Shown here: positions 26,431 through 48,255 of the stretch, in pieces
How positions within the stretch are numbered: the first letter of the stretch is position 1
Layout of the letters: each line of letters begins with the position of its first letter
From: Balanoglossus misakiensis
Lineage: Eukaryota > Animalia > Hemichordata
Assembly: GCA_040954595.2 (NCBI GenBank)
Contig: CM082587.2
Span: 1,077,500-1,141,499 of the forward strand
Direction of reading: 5' to 3'
DNA length: 64,000 nt
Notes under the pieces: model-generated
The model's database searches: none
What the model was told of the DNA's origin: nothing
Seen by the model: the letters and a program-made list of their open reading frames with translations, nothing else
Position numbers and translations under genes: made by a program

Positions 26431-27455
26431 TCAGAGAAATTGCATAAATTATGCAAATAGCTGCAACCTGTCCCAAGATGCACTGTTACACCCGAGAAAC
26501 TCAGGCAAGAAATTGGAGACGATTCTGCAAAAAAGCCACTAACTTTTACATAATGTACGGGATTAATGTGATGACTTCTGATTGTATACACCATGCTTTT
26601 TAAGTTTTTATTGAGTTACATCGGAATCAAATTCAGTCCGCATTCTACTATCTGTTGCAGTTGCAAAGAAGTTACAACATGTTCAACATACCCATAATCG
26701 TTAGTTACATACCGGTAGCTTTTATGCAAAAGTTTGCAGAGTTTTGTTAAGAAGGTGGCATTTCACTTACAAATACCCGTTTCATATATATCATAAGGAA
26801 TCGAATACATGAAAAGTCGGCCAGTACGAGAAGTTGGCCAGTTCTTGAACTTGCACCGAATAGTGCAGTAATAATATGAAATTCTTATTCTTATAAGTAT
26901 CTTGAATAAGAAAGAAGATTTCTCTAAGAAATCATCCCTAAACTGCCTAAAACTTCCAAGTTTCACATCATTTAGGGTCTCATCCCCTGTCTTGTCGTGT
27001 CGTGTCAGATATGTAGACCTTTTACATGTATATGACCCTAAAATACACGGATCTAAAGACTAACGTGTCAAACGTGGGTGTCAAACATGAAACATTGTGT
27101 AAAGTACAAAATCTACGACCATTATTCCTAACAGGAAAATTCTACAGCCCACATGGTACACGGGAAAACTTCAAATCGGGGAATTTGTCAGATTGAGTCC
27201 CTCTACCGGCCGGCGTCAGTTTCAAAAAGGGAATCCCAATGTACGATTTCCTTTGACGTCATAGGTCACCGATCACATGACCCTGGCAAGCAGCCATCTT
27301 CGCCACGAAAGAGGAGTTACCTGACGTTTACAGAAACCGGCGTGTGTATGTTTTGTTTGAGAAAGGGACATTTTTCGCGATCGCTGAACAGTATTTCTAC
27401 ATCAGCCATTATCAATAAACCCATCTAAAAGAGAAGAAAGTCCTCCTAGTTCAAA
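26430..27455. promoter_or_regulatory. divergent PRRC2/STX6 promoter region
   Basis: Head-to-head genes about 1 kb apart. CRE palindrome TGACGTCA at ~27254, gccatctt (YY1-like) at ~27293, local CpG enrichment. Confidence 0.5.
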
Positions 27456-29421
27456 ATGTCGCTTGAGGACCCATTTTTCGTCGTAAAAGAGTAAGTATTA
27501 TTGAAGAGCGATATTGAAGGCATCGATGTTGTCACCAGTGTACGTAAGATTGTAGATACGTCTGTGATGACCTTGGATCGGTCACGATTTGTTGTGGTTT
27601 TTTCAAGATAGAAGTCGACGAATAATCACTGATCATTTTGTCAGTTTATACCACAAAGATACACAAATTTAAAAGTTATTGAGGCCAATGGATTAACATT
27701 TATGTAGTTGAGTGTGACAGTCATCGCCACTACAATTTTGTGGGAAACCCATCCACATAACAAAGCACTATGATGACGAATTCTGTTTACATGTGATGGG
27801 GCATCCGTTGACGTGCATATCACCAGGTTCACTCGACTCCTATCCACGATAAACATTGTGATGATGACGTAACGTCTATCCAAAACAACTACCATTTACT
27901 GGGCATGGGCCAAGTGATACCACTGGAATTTGGACAATTGTTATTGTCTGATTGTTAAAGTATACTTAGCTACTATATTAGTATTGCCATTGTTGAAATG
28001 ATTTATATTAAAAATCATGTGCTGTTTTCATGGTAACTGACAAGTTCATCTCTCCCCTTCCAGTGAAGTTCAAAAGGCAGTAGCCAATGCCAGGAGTCTT
28101 TATCAAAGGTGGTGTGAGCTACTGGAAGACCCGAGTGCAGTCAGCAAGGAGGAGTATGATTGGACGACAAATGAACTGAGGAATAGCTTGCGCAGCATAG
28201 AATGGGATTTAGAAGACTTGGAGGAAACAATTGATATCCTTTGTAGACAGAGTTTAGAAATATTTAGAGAAAATATCTCCCCAATTTTGCATGACTGTCA
28301 CATGATCTGTTTTCTAAGAGTTAGCCTATGGGTTGCCAAAGAAATTTGACCCAGTCACAGCACGATGTTGGTTCCCTTAACTCTTCTTACGAATTGTGGA
28401 AACCAATCCAAGGAAGTTTAAAATTGACATGCCAGAACTTGAAGAAAGAAAGAATTTTGTTGTCCGAACTAAAGAACTTGTCAAGGACATGAGAGACCAC
28501 ATGGCAAGTCCAAGTACAAAGTCAAGAGAAGAGAGAAAAACAAGACAGGTTAGTGGTGTTGATTACCCCTATTTCTTCAAAATGGAATGTTCCCTGCCAT
28601 ATAAAAGAGATGGACTATACCTCTTACGGAGTATTTCGAGGTTGTCTAATGAAGCTTGTGTACCATGAAGAGCTGGAGAAGTGAAATTAATTTATTTTCT
28701 CATCTGTTACAGAATTTAATGCCAAATGGACCAAAAAGAGCACAAGACAAATACACTAGACTAGATAATGACATTGAACAGTCCAATCAGAGATATATAG
28801 ATGACACAAGACAACAGCAACAACTGATTATGACAAATCAAGATGAACAGTTAGAAAAAGTTGGAGATTCGGTCACTGTCTTAAGAAGTATGGGCCAGAC
28901 CATTGGAAATGAACTTGATGAACAGGCTGTGTAAGTATCTGAAAAAAAGCACTACATGTGATATTTTTTGTGAAACACCGAAAACATTTTTCTCAAAAAT
29001 TAATTTCTTTATTTTTCTGGCCTTTGTACCAACTGCAGTTCCCAGTTTGGTCTCTCAAACATATCGATGAATGAACAATTCTTAAAGTAGACTCGCTCAG
29101 TTTTCTGTTCTTTTCACACTAACAGAATGTTGGATGATTTTTCAACGGAGATGGAAAGAACAGATTCAAAATTAGACGGTGTTATGAAGAAAATGGCAAA
29201 AGTCACAAGAATGTCAAATGGTAAGATTTATGAATGAGTATGGCTTGAAATACATTTTACACTCAGAAGTTATTCAGTCATAAACTTAGTCAAACTTTAC
29301 CCAATTTATAAATCTCTAATTTGTTTTCTTTTGTTTTTTTACAGACAGAAGACAATGGATGGCTATTGTTGTTCTCATAGTGATAATGATTATAGTTATT
29401 ATTTTATTCTTTGTACTCTAA
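27456..29421 (+). CDS. STX6: syntaxin-6 (Qc-SNARE), 6 coding exons
   Basis: [17 protein letters not shown]...[38 protein letters not shown]; SNARE motif ([29 protein letters not shown]); C-terminal TM ([22 protein letters not shown]). Exons: 27456-27490, 28064-28233, 28391-28548, 28713-28930, 29126-29220, 29345-29421. Confidence 0.96.
28234..28390 (+). other. U12-type (minor spliceosome) AT-AC intron in STX6
   Basis: 5' ss ATATCCTTT, branch site TCCCTTAAC about 10 nt before the terminal AC. Removing it restores the frame [14 protein letters not shown]. Confidence 0.93.
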
Positions 29422-31675
29422 AGCAGCTGTTAAATATTTTGTGAGTTTGTGAACATTCTACAACTGTTTTCAACCAACTGGCAACACTGACCATCTCATG
29501 TAACGAAATCAAAACAGAATCCTTTTCCCCATGAAAGAGAATATATCCCACTGTTGCCAGTTGGTCAGTTTCGGTTGTACTTAAGAGGGAGGGGGCACAG
29601 TATTACTCGTACCAACCATTTATCAATTTGAAGTCCAGTTACTTCTATATTCAGAAGTTTCAACTCAAGCAACTGGACTCAATATACAGTTTGTAATTTG
29701 ACATATTTCAAAGGCATTTTGACATACCAATTTGGTTGGATTCAGTAAATGAAATGTCATAAATCTGACTTTGAACTTGTCGTTCACTGATCATTTGATG
29801 GAACTGTGGCAAGTGAGCTGTCAAACCATTTTCCCATTTCAAAACTGTATTTTATCACTTTCAATATTTTAAACAAGGTGTGTCACCGAAATGCCTACCA
29901 AAAATAATATAATAACGTGATACAATTGACTGCCTACAGACATTTATAAACCAGATGTGTTTTCCACAAGTTGCAATGATACAGGTGTATCCGTTTAATA
30001 TGCAGATAGGTAGATTGAATATTTTACAACTCTGAATGTGACAGAAATTGAAGTAAATAGACACATTTCAGATGTATCCTTGGTGGACATGTGACAGGCA
30101 GCTAAATGGAACAGTGATTTATTTCTGGATTGTGGAGGGTCTCTTTAACAGATTCAGAAGCTGCAATCTCCATGTGCGTTTATAAGTCTGTTTGAATTAT
30201 TTTATAAATGCTGCACAGAGTAGGCTGAAACAATTATAAACTTTGCTGGCATAAGATTTACCAGACTTCCCATTACACTTTATGACACAAATTGTTATAC
30301 AATTAATTGGGAAACAGTCAAGAAATTTGTACAAGGTCCATACTTTGCGTAAATTTAAAACACATTATCCACTATTGAATATGTTGCTCCTCCACCAAAT
30401 AGCTGATAAAGAAAATATCTGCAGTACTGTCCAAAATGCTGAAATAATAAAAAAATGGTAGAAAATCAAGCATATCTTCTTTCAGTGAAATAAATTATTT
30501 ATTAAACAAACCCTTGTATTTTTGATCTTTGATGCACATAAGTATCGTGTACAAACAGAGTGATATCCTTTCATATTTACCTTTCCCTTGATGTTATTTT
30601 AACATTTTATCTTACATGTATTGATTTAGTTGACTGTTTCTAAATTGGGTCTGAAATCACTGCCAATACTGAATGTATAGCTGAAAACTAGCAATGTATC
30701 TCAACAGTGTAAGAGGGCGTGGTTGATACAGATGTACCAGTAGTTATTTTTAAAGGCCCAGACTTCACCACACGTTTTGTTGTGTGTGTGTGAGTCCATT
30801 GGGCAGACAGCCTTGACATACCAACATCATATTATTTTACTTGCTGTTTTGTATATGTATGATGGTTCCGGTTATTGGTAACAAATCTATAAAAATATTA
30901 ACTGTTAGCATAAATTCAGAAAAGACCACTAGTTTCCATACATTCCAGGCTGTACTTTTTTTCAACAGCAAAATCCTTAGTTTTGACAACATTTCTAGAA
31001 TTCGGCTAACATGTTGAATATCCCCTGAAGGTTTTTCTGTAGTTGAGAGACTTCACAGAAGTACCCAGCACTACAAAACAAAGGTACCACACTTTTCACA
31101 AACCTTAAATTTGCCAAACTCAGCAAGGCCAGTATGATGGATAGAAACTGCTTCTTGTGGAAGTAGTTTACTGTGAATTCATAATGAGTACTTTGAAGAA
31201 ATCATGGGTCTTTTTTATAATTAGTTAATTTTAGGAAATGATTTTATGTCATGTATTTATTTTGGACATGCTTGTAGTTGTATATGATTGTTGCCATAGG
31301 GATGAGTCTGGATCAATGAAGAGTTGCCAGCCCCCATTGATTGTTTTGCAAAGTTAAATAATGTATAATATACAATAAATTATCTTCCAAAGGCAATATC
31401 TGACTCATTGTACTTTATTTATCTCTTCTTGGTTATAAGAGGACGTTTAACTTTGGACCAAGATTCCATATTCATGTTCTGTGTATTGATCACTTATCCT
31501 AGATATGAATTCCATTTTCAACACTTTGAGGCATTTGGAAAACCTGCAAGTTCACAGGACAAAACTGCCTTAAATTGCCAAACTTCAGTTAGAGTTCTAA
31601 TAGTTATAAAACATTCAAAAGACAAGTTATTGGCGATTGTTTATCACTATTCGCGTACAGGGGACAAATCAGAAT

Positions 31676-31845
31676 AGCGCCACGCATCGGGCCGACGCCC
31701 TTTTGTTTTTCACCAGGCATGCGCAAAAGCTATCTTCTCCAAGATGGCGGATAGCGATTGACTGTCAGTTGGAGGTGTGTGCTGAAATATTTTGAGGATA
31801 GGCTGCGATCGTGCGAACCAGTCATAGAATACGTCGATCGTAAGT
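31676..31845 (+). promoter_or_regulatory. WDR47 promoter / 5' UTR exon
   Basis: CpG-rich; GCATGCGCA (NRF1-like) at ~31717, AAGATGGCGG (YY1-like) at 31741, donor GTAAGT at 31840. Confidence 0.5.
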
Positions 31846-32127
31846 ACTCATCTATGCTTGGAGGTTAGATTGACGACCAGTTGGTGTTTATCTCGACTTT
31901 CGATCGGACGATTGCAGCGTGAAGCTCCATCGTTATAGGGCCTCATCAGATGTCAACAAGATCATGCTAATTTCATAACAGATCCAGACATGAACTGATA
32001 ACCTAGGTGTCGCACGCTTAACCCATTTAGACGCCGTATACACGGTGTGCAAGGTGCAAGTCCACTCCACAGCTGATTTGATTGACTCCCTGTTGACTTG
32101 AGGACTCGTCCCGAAAAATTGTCCAAG

Positions 32128-41187
<9,060 letters not shown>

Positions 41188-44004
41188 GATGAAAGGAAAC
41201 GATTCTACCCTGTCACCCCCAGGATCTGTAAAAGGGTCCAGCCATGTCATTGAAAACAGTGGGGTTATACCATTGTTGGTGGGCAACGGGGGTAGACTTG
41301 AATAATTACTGATTTTTGTCAGTTTCTATAGAAAAAGTAGTGTTAAACTAATTCCTTATTTATGAAAATTAAGGCACAAATAATCACTGAATAAAAAAAT
41401 CTCCATATGGTATTGTAAGACTGTAAGTAATGTTAAAAGCTGCCATGGTGACTTTCAGCATACACTGTTTGAAATGCTTATCAAATTTACATATAATTAA
41501 TTACAAATTAAATTTTAAGTGCTGTATATTTATGTATGTATGTGAATGGCTGTAATTTGGGTCAAATGAACTGTTCAAGAGTAATTTACATAATGTGCAT
41601 TTCTGGAAATGTTTTTAGAGTCTTGTTAGGTGTTGGGTTCAAAACCTCAGAAGTAGCTTAGAATTGTTGAGTAATATGTAGTGAAGGATAGATAGATAAA
41701 TCTCGATTCTTTAATTACTGTATTAAAATATCAAACAATAGTTTACTCTGTATTCTACCCTCTGACAATATTTTAAGCTGACCCTAGTCTTGCGACAAAA
41801 ATGACTCTTTTACATATATCAGTGGTATAAGAAAGATAAAATTTCCTGCTTTTTATCACATACTAGTTGTTATGGATAATGTGTATATGTATGTTGCCAT
41901 GGTGATAAATTATTGTTAATTAATGTAGGTTTATGATGTTAAAGTTTCTTATGTGTCATAAAGACTGTACACCATGTTTCTAGTGGTATTATTAAAATGT
42001 GTTGTCAGGGTGCTGTGTCCCTTGTTGCTGTGGTTACATGTAAATTGAACCCATTATTCAGATTTTAGTGACATCCGATTGTTAATGAAGGCATTTTGCG
42101 TTAGAGATGATTTAGAAGTAAACATAAAACAACTTTTGGAACTTGTTGTGCAGTGAATCAACTATAGTGTAAAGAAATTAAGTTACATACAAGGAAGGAA
42201 GGCAGGCTAAAAATATTTTTTAAATGTTTGATTTAGCGTACTTGAAAGTCATGTCATGTTGATCACCATTTGCACAACAGTGTCTGAGCAGACAATTGAA
42301 ACACACTCCCACCTATAGCTGAACATTCATTTTGCAAATAGATTGGATTTTCTTTTGGTGTGCTAGACGCACAGCCAGTCACTATTTTTCAAGATCGATA
42401 GTACTCGGTAGTTATCATACAGACACACCTGTACATTGTAAAAACTTAGCAGCTGTTACTGGTTTGGTTTTATTATTTGAGATCCTTACAAGTTGTTGAC
42501 GATTTGTTTTTTAATTTTAAGATAACATGGTTTGTTTTATTTGATACATGGCAGGTGCTCAGAACACAAAATAATGCAGAAAAATCTTTCACTGACGTCA
42601 GATGCAGCTGAATTATGACCTTTGGGGTCAAATGAACTTCAACCTTTGACATAAGCTGCTTTATTTTATACTTTTAAAAAATTTTAATTTTTTTCTGAAT
42701 ATGATTATCACAATTAAAATTGTTTTCTAATTTCCTCCTAATCTACCAACCATTTAGAGCCAAAACCACTACCAGGCAAATCATCTTTCAAGAATTTGCA
42801 ATCCTGTCACAAATGCAATATATATTTTCTCATGAAGTTTGCAGTTATTTTTTGGCACTGCATGTTTGGTATTTGAGATAAAATCTTTTTAAAAATTTTC
42901 TCGTACGAAATGACAGATTCAGACTACTTAGATGAGTAATAAAAATTTGAAGTGACAATTTCTGCTAATGTTGTTTGAAAAATTGCTCTATTTCACATCA
43001 TTTGGCATCTACTTCATACTACAGGTTTTATTTTTTTAAATCGACATTTGTGCATTTTGATTTCTGGAATGTTACAATATTTTCCTTTCGATTTCATGAT
43101 TGTTGCAATGCATAGGATGTAAATACTGTGATGTGATTTTTCTGAAAATATTGTTAGTTTAAGTAAAATAGATGTTATTAAAGTATTAATAAAAGCACAG
43201 AAATATCTACCTTTGGTCTTTCTTTTCTTGGTGACTAATGTGAGATGGTGATACAAAGCAAAGAGGGCACTGTTTCAAGAAAATAACTCCTTTCATAGGA
43301 CAGTCAGATGCTCCTTCAATGTTGACATCCCCAGATCCACATACCATGTGAATAAAAATATACATGTATACAGATTTAATTTATAACAACAAACTTGTCT
43401 TTGAAATAAATAATGCTGTTATTTGCTGAAAATATTGACAGGAATTTCTCAGTAAAACATTGGAGATGTCCCCCCACAATTTGAACATTAATGAAATAAT
43501 GTCCAATCACAATTCAAGCATATATAAAACATTTAGAATTAATGTTGCTTCCACAAAAAAGTACTGACTGGATTCTAATGAAAATGGCAAGATAATTTTA
43601 ATTAAGATATTAGACAATAGCTATGAATGCATGCTACTAACAGCACCTCAGCCAACACGGCCAAAAAAAAAAATTCAAAAGTCCTTACTATACTACTAGA
43701 AGATATTTCATTTTATGAGTAATTATTAAGAGGGCCATCGCGAACCCTAAATTCAGATGTAACCTGATCTTCAGGCAGTGAGTGTTTTAGATTCCAGAGC
43801 TAAAACACATTCCAAATATATCCGTATCAAACAGACAAAGGTGTTCCAGTGTTTGCTTCTATCACTTCAGAACATGTCTACAGGAACTGCATGCAATGTT
43901 ACAACTCTGAGCCCCAAGTGTGTAATGAGGTTGAGCACAAATGCTTCAAGATAACCATTTCTGCTTTAAAGGTACATACCACCTTCAGAAGCACCAGAAC
44001 TGGA

Positions 44005-47000
44005 TTAGTCATCACTATCAGAGATAACGATGCACTCAGTGACTGGCCACTGGCGTGTTTTAACCCTTCGTACATTCGTGCGGAAACCCTGAGAGGAGTG
44101 AGGTGGCACAGTGCTTCCCTTGGCTGACTTGCTTGGGAGACAAGAACTGGTCATGTGTTCAGGTGGGAATATGGAGGGTCTGAACGTTGATGATCCCGCT
44201 TTGTAATCTATTGATGAAAAAAAAGGTTGAGCATCAATAGTGTCATTTCTACAGGATAATTTGGCTTTAAAATTACTTTGATATCACAAGAGTGGCTGAT
44301 AGCGACTGTTTGCAAAAAGGGAGTCAAAACAAAGGCTTAAACCATATCAGCACATGCAAAATCGTTCCAAGATATCCAGACTTACCAAGATCACTGTTGT
44401 CTTCTGTTTTCACAACAATGCCATCAACTTCAGTTGTCGCTGCCTTCTTCGCCACCTTTGTCATAGTTTGCCAATCCAACTTCCTCAGAACCACTTCAGC
44501 TTTGGATTTACACACAAGTTTCTCTAAATTATCACCAAGCGAGAATCCCGGTCGGCCATGTTGATCACTCACAGAAGATCCGTGTTCCGCCTGCACAACT
44601 GTACTGCAGGCCGCCACCGACCTCCTACTTAGTTCCTCATGGCACGTTTCATCCCTCTCGGTCCAAGCTGCATCACTTCTTGCATCCAATGCACCATCTT
44701 CATTATCGCTGTTGTCCGGGGCACTATCCCACGTGACAGGGATTTCTTGTACACTCTGATCACTCTCATCCCCATCATCGTCCTCAACAACAACACCACC
44801 ATCTTCTTTACTTTCACTCGGGCTGTTTGTTTCACCTGGTGTTCAAACAAACAAAAACACAGCTGAAGACTATTTTTTTCACCACAAAATTTATTCATAT
44901 TTCACATCATACATGTGGGTGCTTTTTTTAATTTTTTATGCTAAGTTTGCTGCATGCACAGAGATCATATGTGTATAATGTAATTGTACTCAGCCAAACC
45001 ACCTACAGCTGGAACTGGTAGCATAAGCCCAATGAAACCTGGTTTAACGTTGACTACTTGAACATGAGGCACTAGGTCAATGGAAATGTATATGGACCTA
45101 ATTTGAGTTCATATTATATTCTACTATCACACTCATTTGGTGCAAATGTTATGGGAAAAACTCGCATGACTGCAGCAAAAGAATAATTCTGCTGAAACCA
45201 GTTCCCTGACACTGACTTCAGATTTCTATCTTGGTCTTCATCTGTCACTCACCTTCAGTGTTACCTGGACTTTGTAGATTTGACAGGAAATCGTCTTTCT
45301 CATCCATTTTCTCTTCGTCCTCTTCATCTTGACCTGGCTTTTCTGTATCGGAGCCATCATCAACCAAACGTCCCATCATATCTAACTCATACTGTTTCTC
45401 TTTGTATTTCATAATGACAGCATCAATATTCCTTTTAGCGACTGACCGATTAGATTTCAGTTTACTATGTAGTTCTTGGTCCTGCTTAGCTGGATCATAT
45501 TCAGGTTTAAAAGTGTCTGTCAGGTGAGTTCCAAAATTTAATATGTAGTCAGCTTCGCGTCGTTTCTGTAGCAAATTCCCAACAGTCCTGAAGGCATCCA
45601 CTGCAGTTTCATTTATGAGTTTCGGCTTCAAATTCATCTGTTTTTTCTTGTTCACCTTCTTGACAATCCCAAGAATGTCATGATAATCGGGAAAGCCGTG
45701 CTTATTGACGAACTTTTCAATCTTCTTGTTCATCTCCTGGTACCGCGTTCCTTCAAAAGTGATTCTTTTTTCAATGGCTCTTCCCGTTCCTGCCGAAACC
45801 CCTTTCAATTCACACAACTTATTCCAGATTTTCATGAAGCGTTTCTTCAGACGATGTTCTTGGATGTGGTCGGAGTCTTCCTGGTCCAGTTCATCTAAAG
45901 ATAACTCTCTTTCCTGCAGCCTCTTTATTTCGTCACTTACTTCTTTCAACAGTTTCTCAAGTCTTTTTATCTGTGACGCAGATGCTGTTTTCCTCTTCTT
46001 TTTCTCCGGTTCGTCACCTTTTTGAAGAGATGATGATGATGATGGCTGATCATTCAGTTCCTCCCGATCTCTTTTCCGTGCTGTCTCCTCGACTACCACA
46101 TCCATGGCAACAACCCCAGCAGATGAACTGTTCTGAGTTGTGCCTGCAGACTCTGCCAGTTTCAAAGACTGGTCACCCTCTGGTTTGTGAGGTTGGTCAC
46201 TGCTATGGGAGGTAGAAGGCAGACATGAGGCTGGGTCTCTCACTTCTGTGATGGGAAGTTCCTGTGTTGTGCTTGTGACCATGCTTGAAGATGGTTCAGG
46301 ATTCTCAGCTGCGACTTTCTCACTGCCATCACATTCACTTCTTCCTCCAGTGCTTCTTGGTTTCACTCCTTCGGTGGACGGTTGACAGCTCTCAACCACG
46401 GCACTGCCTTCCAAAATGCCGCCTTCATCAAAGACTTCACCAACATCAGATCCGGTGACACTTTCCATGTGAACATCATCGTCACTGACAGCTGCGATCA
46501 CATCACTGTTATCACGCAGGGAAACTTCATTCACACTAGGAAATCTCGGGGTGGCTTCATGACTGCCAGTAACAGCTTTTGAAAAACAGCCGTCAATGTC
46601 CCCTTTCAAGTCAGATTCTCCTTCAGTCTCCTTTTCCATTGCAATGTCACTGTTACTTTGACAAGACTCAGCTTTTGAGCCCTGAACAGACGTTTTGCCA
46701 AGGTCATCTCCTTGAATTTTCCTGGCAGCATCTTCTGTCTGATCTTCACTCTCTAAAGGATCCTCATGGTCACGAAGACCAACTCTTTCTCCTTTTTCCG
46801 CTTTTGGTGATCTCTTCTCCACAGAAATAATTTCAACTTCTTTATCAGAGGATGTCTTGTCAGATGCAGCAGAATCTGTGCAATTGTTTTCTTTCTTTAC
46901 AAAGACACCATCCTGTATTTCACTGGCCGTGTCATAATCTGACGTCGCTGTTTTTTCTGTCTCTGAGTATGTGGCACGTTTACTTCTTGCTTTGGCATCT

Positions 47001-47665
47001 GTCTGGTCAGCACTGGTAGTCGAGTTCTGTAACGCCTTGCTATCTTTGGAATTATACCCCTTTCTCTCCTTGTCCTTTACATGTTTTTTGCAGTCATCTT
47101 TCTCACCACTTTCTACATCTACTTGCCCGCTGTCTTCAGAGTCTGAGACCTTCTTATGAGTCTTACATCTGTATGCCTTCAGCAAGTTGCAAATCTCATA
47201 AACATGAACATAGACAGACTTCTTTGTGGTGCGAAGTTCTTTATATTTGTTGTCAATGGTGATGTGGAATTCTCTGGATTTGGTGTAGTGGGGTTTTGCA
47301 TTGTTATATCTGGTCCACAGGAAATCCCGTACTGAGCTTTGGTCTTTAATTTTCACGAGAGGGATGCATACATTCACAAACTGTAAAATAATGCATATAC
47401 ATCATTATAAGTATGACTATTTCACAAGCATGTTAATCCATGTGATATTGTCAGAATATTCTGAATTTTGGCAATGATGTACATTTCAATTCCAACAATA
47501 AAAAAGTGGCGCCTTGTCTATTATTCTTTAGTTGTACATTTCTTTGTGATGAAATGGATCACTTACTTCTTCAAACATCAGTCGACTCTTATCGGACTGT
47601 TTTCTGAGCGACAGCCTTCGTTCATCGTCAGAATTCCGCGCCTTCCGCTTTTCTTTGTGCGCCAT
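44005..47665 (-). CDS. DAXX: death domain-associated protein 6 (histone H3.3 chaperone), 4 coding exons
   Basis: N-terminal helical-bundle-like region (FEEFVNVC...SVYVHVYEICNLLKAY); histone-binding domain (QIKRLEKLL...EIKRLQERELSLDELDQEDSDHIQEHRLK...GTRYQEMNKKIEKFVN...FPDYHDIL...AFRTVGNLLQKRR); C-terminal SIM ECIVISDSDD*. Exons: 47567-47665, 45253-47380, 44386-44835, 44005-44207. Confidence 0.93.
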
Positions 47666-48255
47666 CTTTTTTTCCACAACTGGAACTAACGTCAGTTTTA
47701 CAGATAATAGATTCGAAAGTAAATTCAAAAACGTGTAAGGTGTACTCAAACTATTATTTTAAGTAAATATTATATAAATTATTTTTTTCTATTATCACGA
47801 AGATATCTTAGTATCAGATGCCTTGAATACTGAAATTTAAATCATACTAATCTTGTTCTGCATATTATTAGCTCACCAAAGTTACTACAACGCCCTCTTC
47901 TCGACCTCTTATTACTTTGTTTTCATTAGCCGAAAATTCTTTGTGGCTAAAAAATACCCTTACAACCGAGCAGCACCCGCTGCAATTGCAGCTACATATC
48001 AGCAAAATAGTTGTTTTAACTGGTGAATAACTTTTACAGCATGAAATTTGATAAATTATTGTATTATTCAAGTCAAAGCGAATAAACCACATATGATACC
48101 TTGGACTTTAACCTCTTCACTTCAGGGTAAACAAGACTCAGCTGATGAGCTGATGTGATGACCTGCCCTAAGGTGAACTTGATATATGACAAAGGACCTG
48201 TGACACAGATCCTCTAGGTCTTTTAATCAATAATCGTTATTCTCGTGGTCTCATA

